DNA of 64,000 nucleotides from the human T2T-CHM13v2.0 reference genome, Homo sapiens. This document shows positions 50,251 to 64,000 of the stretch, in pieces; the first letter of the stretch is position 1; each line of letters begins with the position of its first letter. The position numbers and the translations under genes are program-made. The DNA lies in NCBI RefSeq assembly GCF_009914755.1, contig NC_060946.1; one strand, given 5' to 3'. Below the pieces are notes generated by a model. The model was not told the DNA's origin, did no database searches, and worked only from the letters and a program-made list of their open reading frames with translations.

Positions 50251-52020
50251 TTGAAGGAATAATTTAGCTTGTAGAACAATGCAAGGGCATGCTTGATGAA
50301 CTGGTCTGAGGGTGTGTCTGTGTGTGTGTGTGTGGTTTTTCCTTCCCACTTCCTTAAATAAAAGCTTTCACTCCAGGCTGCTGGGTGGGCTGAGCAAAGA
50401 GGGGAAAGCCATCTCCAGGTGGGGACAAGGGGAGAGTATAGTGTTTTCTGGGTAGGGCAAGGCACCAATAGGGATTAACTGATCTATGATTAAACGCCAG
50501 GTGTAGGAAACCACAGATAGAATCTCAGGAGGAGAAATGGGATTGGGAGTTTAGAAGTGGCTGCCACTGTGTTCTCTACCTTTCTGCCCTCATAATTCCA
50601 GCCCAGGCAACTGATATGCATATTTCTGTGTATTTCTCATAGGATCTTCCCTGTGAGCTGTGGACGTCTCAAAGTCAGGCACTGTGTCTTAAATATCTTT
50701 ATCCTTACCACAAAACTTGGCACAGAGTAGGTGCTGGTATTCTTTTTTTTTTTTTTTTGAGACAGAGTCTCACTGTGTCGCCCAGGCTGGAGTGCAGTGG
50801 TGCGATCTCGGCTCACTGCAAGCTCTGTCTCCTGGGTTCACGCCATTCTCCTGCCTCAGCCTCCTGAGTAGCTGTGACTACAGGCTCCTGCCACCATGCC
50901 CAGCTAATTTTTTGTATTTTTTTTTTTTTTTTTTTTTTTAGTAGAGACAGGGTTTCACCTTGTTGGCCAAGATGATCTCGATCTCCTGACCTTGTGATCT
51001 GCCCACCTCGGCCTCCCAAAGTGGTGGGATTACAAGCGTGAGCCACCGCGCCTGGCCTGGTATTCTTTTGCTATAAGTGATGGAAGCACCACTCAAATAG
51101 ACATGAGAAATGTATTGGTTCACGTAACTGAAAATTCTCTGGGATGGGCTTCAGGCATAGTGGGATCCAGGTAAATAAGCAATGTCTTCAGAACCCCTCT
51201 CTCTCTCCAGCTCTCAGTTCTGTTTTCTGCTCAGTTGGCTTCACTCTCTAGGTGGATTCCCTCTAACAATATTGCCCTTTGGTGGCTCCAGGCTGACATT
51301 CCGAGACTCAGCAACCCCAGAGAAAAGAAAGCTTCTCTTTGCACACTATTGCAGCAAGTGCTGTGATTAACACTCAATGGACAAACTTGGGTCCCATGCC
51401 TACCACGAATCAATCACTGTGGCCAGGCAAATGGGATGCTCTGATTGGCCAGACCTACATCCTGTGTCCTAGGGTTGGGGGTTAAGGTTTGGAAAGTGAG
51501 GATCAAGTAAGGGTGTCGCGAGGCTTACCGCCCTTGAAACGACATGGACTGAGTGTAGCGGGTGGGATTCTTCCCTGGAGGAAAACGGAGATGCTGTTGG
51601 CAGAGGGGAGATGGCTGCTAGGAAGGTGAGAACAAAAGACATCGTCTCGGTGCACAGGAAATGCGAGCTTTTCCCTGTAGATTAACGAATGAGCACCTGG
51701 CAGTTGGTATTGCCAGAAGCAGGAGGTTCCCAGCCAGTTAGAGGCAGAAAATCTCAGTGAAGCCGTGTCTCAGGCTTCATTCAAGTCCCAGCTCTGCCGC
51801 CTCAGTCAGTGTGACCTGAGTTGGGGCATCACTGCCTCCTTGGCCTCAGTTTCTCTACCTGTAAAATGAGGGCGTCTGGAGTGGTGGCTGCCTGGGTTTT
51901 TTCCCCAGTCACTCATTCAATCATTCATATATTCATTTTTCCCCTTTCAATCAATATGTGTTGAAGGGCACTGGAGTTAGCCTAAACTGGATTTGGATTT
52001 CAGTTGTGATGTTTACTCGC

Positions 52021-52574
52021 TGTATCAGGCTTGACTGATGCACCTTCTCAGGTGTGCTCAGCTGCGTCCTTCCCAGCCAGCCAGCAGCTCTGGACAAGAT
52101 CAAGCCTCCTCTTGCTTCCGCCTGCAGGCGGCTTGGGTCAGTTGCTGCATCTACTTAGCCACCTAGGCCTGCATCTCCCGCTGTCATTCAAGCAGACCTG
52201 ACCTGCTTCAAGGGAGGGAGCCCTGGACCCTCCTCTTCTAGGCTCAGGTGAAGCCCTGTGTATGGAATTGGCTTCCCTTGGGGCTGTCTGGAGGCACAGA
52301 TAACACAGTTGGGCCCAACAGTGACTAATCGTGGACAGAGGATGGGAGGCGCCAGCCGATGAAGTCCTCGCGCTTCCTTCATTCCTTCCATGGTCTGTTT
52401 CACGTGGCTTCTGTAGCCAGCCTAGTAAGGCATGTCTTATATTTGCTCTCCCTCCTCCCTTGCCTTGAAGTCCCCTTCCCTTCACCCTTACTGAGCTGGA
52501 ATTTTATCCCTAATAAAGCATTAGTACATAAAATTTTCCTTGGGCTCTGTTTTCCAGGGAGCCAGGCTGAAATA
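52021..52574 (+). mobile_element. LTR16-like ERVL solo LTR inserted in a MIR
   Basis: Starts tgtatc, has AATAAA at 52512 and an LTR16-type 3' end. 5-bp TSD ctcgc/ctagc. Confidence 0.65.
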
Positions 52575-53562
52575 CTAGCTGTGTGACCTTGGGCAACTTA
52601 CTTAACCTCTCTGAGCTTCAGATCCTTCATCTGTAAAAGGTAGATAATAATAGAGCATCTCAGCGGGGCACAGTGGCTCATACTTGTAACCCTAGCACTT
52701 TGGGAGATTGATGTGGGTGAATCGCTTGAACAAGGAGTTCAAAACCAGCCTGGGCAACATGGCAAAATCCCATCTCTACAAAAACACAAAAATTAGCCAA
52801 GCATGGTAGCGCATGCCTGTAGTCCCAGCTGCTCGGGAGCCTGAGGCGGGAGGATGGCTTGAGCCCAGGAGGGCGAGGCTGTGTAGTGAGCCAAGATTGT
52901 GCTACTGCACTCCAGCCTGGACGACAGAGCGGGACTGTCTCGAAAAAAATTAAGTAATAATAATAATAGAGCACGTCTTATAGGTTGTTGTGGAGTTTAA
53001 TGAGATAGCACAGGCAAAATATTTGGCTGAATAAATGATAGCCTTCATTAGTATCATTACCGTGAACCAAACGCTGGATTCCAGCATGTGAAAACATTTA
53101 TGCAACATTGAACTTCATGAATATTTATTGGGTGACAACTCTGTTTCAGGTACTATGCTAGTCTCTTCCCACAAGGACCTCACAGCCTAGAAAGTGAGTG
53201 AAAAGTAATTGGGCAATTACACTACAGTGTGATCAGAACTTTAATGAGTGCGGGCACCAGCCCCAGATTCTGCAACATCTAATCAGTTTTGGTGGTTGGG
53301 GATGGCTTCTTAGAGGAACTGATGTAGAAGCTAAGATCTGAGGGACATTTAGTTGTTAACTAGATGATGGGGAGGCAGAGGGCAAAGACTTCCTGGTGGG
53401 GGTAATGGCATGGGCATAGGACTAGTGTTGAGGGAAAACATTTCAAAGAACATACCGGCTCTCACACTCAACATGCAGATAAATTTTAGGAAAAACAAAA
53501 TGGATAAATATGCACCAACGAAAATGCATGAACATGGTCTTTGCAAGGGGTGTGTGGGGTGT

Positions 53563-53766
53563 AGAGCTATACTGTCCAATATGGTAGCCAGGGCCACGTG
53601 TGGATTTTAAAATTTATACTAATTAAAATTAAATAAAATGTAAAACTTAGTTCCTCAGTCTCCCTGACCTCATTTTAAGTGCTCAATAGTCATCTGTGGC
53701 TAATGTTGGACAGTGCAGATATAGAACATCTCCATCGTTGCAGAAAGTTCTATTGGACAGAGCTGA
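53563..53766. mobile_element. MER3-like hAT element
   Basis: ctgtccaata ... tattggacag inverted termini. Confidence 0.75.
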
Positions 53767-55020
53767 CACAGGCTAATCAGGACCTTCTGGAGGAGGGGAC
53801 AAAAGACTGCGAAGAAAGGGTTCTGGGAAAATCCCTGGGAAGCACTGTGCTCTATTCTTAGAAAAAGAAAAGCCAGGGCTGGGAGTGGTGAGGTTGGGGG
53901 AGGGAGGGGTGTTGCCTCCGGAAACTGTACTACCTGACACCTCTTTGGTCAGGGTCTACCTCTGGGTATGTGCGAGCTGGCATCTCTCACCTAGGCGGGA
54001 AGACACAGGAATGCAGGGGGAACCAGCTAAGGTGGGGGCTGACCAGGAAGTCCTGCCCCTTCTGGGTCCAGGTTCAGGAGGACTCTGGGAGTTGTAGTTC
54101 AGCACCTCTGGAATCCCCTTAAAGCTTGACAGGGATAGAAGAGCTGACACCCGGTCTGGGCTGGGCATCTCTTGGGGCAGAGAGTAGGGTTGATGGTCAG
54201 GGCTGGGGACGTGTCTGGGTTTGAGTCTCCATGGGGGGTGGCAGGAGGAGGACTATCTTGTCCCCTCCCATCCTTATGTTCTGGAATGGAGAGGCGATGC
54301 CAAGGTGGAAGCCTGCATTGGCTGGGGAGCTGAGAAACATGGAACATTCCATTGAACAGAACCCCCAGCCTACGCATTCTGGTTCATGGAGATTTGCCCA
54401 GGAGAGACAGGAAGTTCCCATAAGGTTAGGGAGGAGGGGCAGCAGATGGCATGTCATCAGCTGTTGGTCATTCATGCACTCAGCATACATTCTTTGAGCA
54501 CCTATTGTGTGCCAAGCCCTGTTCTAGGCACTGGGAATCGGAGGTGAAAGACAGACAGAAGTCCCTTCCTCCAGGAGGTCTAGAGAGAAGAGCAGACAAT
54601 CAACGATTTTCCTTTGCTGGTATAACATACACGTCATGTAAAGGCCTGACTTACGTGGATTTTGAAGGATTTTAAGTTTCAACCCAGCCGTTCCTGGTCT
54701 CCTACTCACAGACTTCTCTCTGGAAGTGGTAGTTGTCTGTAAAAGCAACTGGGTTTGATCCTTTTGATGACTGTACTCAAGATACCCAGATGATAAGGAG
54801 AATGTCTTGAGACATGAGACCTCATGGGACCTCTGCCCCCCAATTCCTGGGTTCCAGCACTGTACACAAGTCAGTTGGGGGTTCTCGGGCTGCTGTTTGG
54901 TAAACAGGGTTTACCCTGCCTGGGTCTGATGGTGATGATCAGACCTTCAAAAGGGTTGCAGTGCAAACGGTGTGGAGAACAGGAGCTACCCTTGTTTCTT
55001 ACACACACCCAACAATTTAA

Positions 55021-55320
<300 letters not shown>

Positions 55321-55679
55321 TGATCCACCCGCCTCGGCCTCCCAAAATGCTGGGATTACAAGCCACCGTGCGCAGCCTGTGATGTCCTTTTCTTTCTCTT
55401 TTTTTATTGAGGTCTATCTTGCTTATAATAAAGGCACATTGATTTTAGGTCCTCCAGTTATTCATGCTCTGTACATTTCCCATAGGAGCACATGTCACAG
55501 ATTCAATTTGATATACTCGTGAAATTATTTGTTTGAATATCTGTAAGCTGCACAACAGCCTGGATTTTGCCAGCTGCCCACCACTGGGTTCTCCAGCACC
55601 CAGCATGCAATAGGTGCTTAATAAAGATCTGCTGAATGAAATGAGTAACGGATAACAGAACAGGTATTTTCTCTTTCAG

Positions 55680-57400
55680 AGGCGACTTCCTACGATTCTC
55701 TCAACTTGTCCACAAGTTCCTGTACCCATTACCCCACAACTCACACCCACAACATAATGGCAGGAGGATGCGCACACAGTAGGCGCTCCAGCGAACTCTC
55801 AGGTGCAGTGCCCTTGCTTGGCGCGAGGAGGCGCCAGCACCGCGCACAGACCTTGCCCGCCCCCGGGCCGGCACCAGCAGCCCAGGCAAGTCAGTGGGCC
55901 CACATTTATGGAGCGCCTCCTGAAATCCTGGGTTGCATTAGGCTCTCGGGGTCGCCGGCTGGGCAGCGGGTCGGTGCCGGTGGCGGGGGATCCTGGCTGG
56001 TGACTGGGGAACATCCAGGGAACGCGGGAGGGTACCCGGAGCAAAGTTCCCAATTGGACAGAGCGGGGTCGGGCCTCGAGGGGCGGGAGCGCTTCCGGCA
56101 GGGGTGTCCAAGCGAGTCGTGACCTCTGACCCGCCGGAGAGGTCCCAGGCCCAGGCGCCACTGCGGACTCGGGTCCTGCCTGCTCTGCTCCCCTCCGCGC
56201 AGGCGCGGCCGGCGGCAGTTCCCATGGTGACGGGGGCGCGTCCCCGCTCGAGGCCCCGCCCCCAGCAGGCTAGGCTGCGCGGGGCTGCGGGCTCCCAGGG
56301 CAGGTGCCGCGGGCTGCGGGCAGGTGGCGGCGCGGCGCGGGCTGGCGGTGGCTCCACGGTAGGTTGCGCAGCGGCTGCGGGCAGTGGGGGCCGGCTGGCC
56401 GCCTCCTGTCCCCGGCCGACGAGGTAGCTGGGGGTGACGGCGGCTGGCGAGGGCCGCCAAGTTTCTGCCCGGCCGAGGCCCCGGGAGAAAAGTTGGCAAA
56501 GTTGGCCGGGGAAGAGGCGGGGAGCCGGAGGATTTCCCCAGACTCCGGGTCTGCAGGGAGGGAGGATCCCGGTTTGGGAGCCGGGGAATCCGTCTCCCGA
56601 GACTTGAGAGTGGATCCCGCGGGAAGATCCCGCACAGGGCAACCAATGGATCACGTGCCACCTGGTTGGCGACTTGGGAGTCGATCCCTGGAGGGGATCG
56701 GGCGCTGGAGGCCTGGGGTCCCACTGGATCCCCAGTCAGGGGTGACGGCGAAGGGTGATTCGAGACTGGGAGCGAGAGGATCAATCTCCTCCCATGCCAG
56801 CCTGAGCCTTGGGAATGGATTCAGAGAGATCCCGTGGCTAGGAGCTGAGGGATCGCTGGAGATCTGGGTTACTCAGCCTGGAGCTGCTAGGGTCTGGACA
56901 TTTGTGCGGGTTGGAGGCCCCGGAGGTGGAAGTGGGAAGCAAGGGCGGCGAGCGAGACGGAACCCTGGTCGAGGGGAGCCCGGAGGACAGCGCGGTGGTT
57001 CGGGGGGCGTGAGAGGGGCGGCGCGCGGGGCCCCTCGGACGCGGAGGCTCCGGACACGTCCTCTCGGCCTGGCCTGCGCCCCCCCTCCGCTCGTCTTCCC
57101 AGGGCGGAGGCGCCCTGATGGGATTAAGCCTCAGTCCCCCTGTTACCAGGCAGGCCCGCGTGGTCCCCGCCCCGATGGCGGCGCGGCCCACCCGGGCTCA
57201 CGGGTGGGGCCCTCGGGATGGGAAGCGGCTCGTTGACCCCCACCCGAGCCTGACCTTTTCACACCCTGCTGGCACAAACTCGCCTGGGAGTGGGGACGCC
57301 GCGCCTTAAAACCCTGCTGTTTGTCCAGTCCCGGAGCAGGCGTGTGACCTCCACCGCGCGACGCCTAGGTGGCTAGGGCTTCCTGCCTGCCGGGACTGAA
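55680..57400. promoter_or_regulatory. KIAA1671: CpG island promoter, probably of KIAA1671 (divergent from LHFPL7)
   Basis: Very GC- and CpG-rich, repeat-free, with GC boxes (gggcggg near 56081, ccccgcccc near 56254). Gene identity comes from recalled synteny SGSM1-TMEM211-KIAA1671. Confidence 0.8.
56285..56358 (+). other. KIAA1671: Candidate short non-coding first exon (KIAA1671), start approximate
   Basis: Good donor ACG|gtaggt at 56359, downstream of GC boxes in the island. Confidence 0.45.
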
Positions 57401-58289
57401 CTTTCTCTAGCCAGGAGCAGCCATTATCTTTTGGAAGGGAAAGGACTGTACCTGTTGCACAAAGAAAAACACTTTCTTTGCACCTTTTTTGTGACCTTGG
57501 GCAAAACACTTAACCTATCTGAATCCAGATGGGGACCCTCTGGGCAAAATGGGCTTGGCCTAGGATGGATCGGAATGAAGGGTATGAAACAGGTAGGGGC
57601 TCTATAAGTATCAGTGCCTCCCTCAGTCTATGGCCTCTCCTTTCCCGTGCCCCATCCCCTGTGCTTGCCTTACAGTATCTAAAGATTCCAGAAACCCTAC
57701 TTGCTATCTTTTGAAACCGCAGGATTAGAGAGCTATTTAGCTTAACCTTTCTTCCAAATGGGTTAATTGCCCCTCTGATCCCCCCTTGCAGAGAGAAGCT
57801 CTGAGGTTTGGCTAATGAGTAACCAAGACATTTGGACAAAGCTTCTCCCTTGGTCTGGCTTTCCCTCTGCTAATCCATCAAGGTTCCTGGACAAACGTGT
57901 GCACCCCCAGACTCTGGCGCCTCCTTCCTTCCTGTTGCAGCCAGGGACAGTTCCCGAGGAATTTGTACAGACACAAGCCCAGATCTTGGTGGTTCTGGCA
58001 GGGGGATCCTTTTTAAAGGATTTGCATGCTTGACAAGGGTGCAATTACCCAAGAGAAGTGCAGAGTTTCAATGCAGTGTCTGGACATACATTTCAGCTGG
58101 GCACATGAACTGGCTGGCTCCATCAACCAGCGTGTATTGAGCACCTATGTCAGGAGCACTGTAGAAATGGTGTGGCCTAGGGCAACTCAGGATTTGTCCT
58201 CTTGGAGTTACTTTCCAGCTATGGAGCAGTCGGCTTGCCCTGCAGTCTAGTACTGATTCTTGATGTTGGGGATACAGTTCTCACCCTAG

Positions 58290-64000
<5,711 letters not shown>

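Noticed and set aside
54922-54944. 8-bp hairpin ggtctgat...atcagacc with nearby TGATGA boxes, considered as a snoRNA or miRNA
   Set aside because: The stem is short, the boxes are not in C...D order with a terminal stem, and there is no recognisable guide.
55706-57236. Several long overlapping ORFs (up to 310 aa) in the CpG island
   Set aside because: Stop codons are rare in very GC-rich DNA. The products are P/G/R/A-rich on both strands with no family signature.

Overview
This is mammalian, almost certainly human, genomic DNA with a very high Alu density. From the encoded peptides I recognise it as the chr22q11.23 region. (1) The last seven coding exons of SGSM1 (RUTBC2) lie on the + strand at 1542-27832. 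They encode an acidic insertion and the C-terminal TBC Rab-GAP domain, followed by a ~2.6 kb 3'UTR. (2) The complete 200-codon, three-exon CDS of LHFPL7 (TMEM211, an LHFPL/claudin-like tetraspan protein) lies on the - strand at 43093-38891. (3) A CpG island at ~55.7-57.4 kb is most likely the KIAA1671 promoter and first non-coding exon. The rest is introns and intergenic DNA filled with Alu, L1, L2, MIR, LTR and hAT elements. Nearly all ORFs in the supplied track are Alu-derived or simple-repeat artefacts. I found no new multi-gene system. The best lead is a 77-bp tandem duplication that duplicates a splice acceptor of LHFPL7. One acceptor gives the full protein. The other frameshifts into a stop that overlaps an internal ATG (TGATG). 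Other items worth checking are a decayed SNORD56 copy, a templated fold-back insertion scar with a perfect 30-bp palindrome, a GATC-dense quasi-periodic tract in the CpG island, and a 46-bp dispersed duplication. Gene and repeat family names come from recall, not from database searches.
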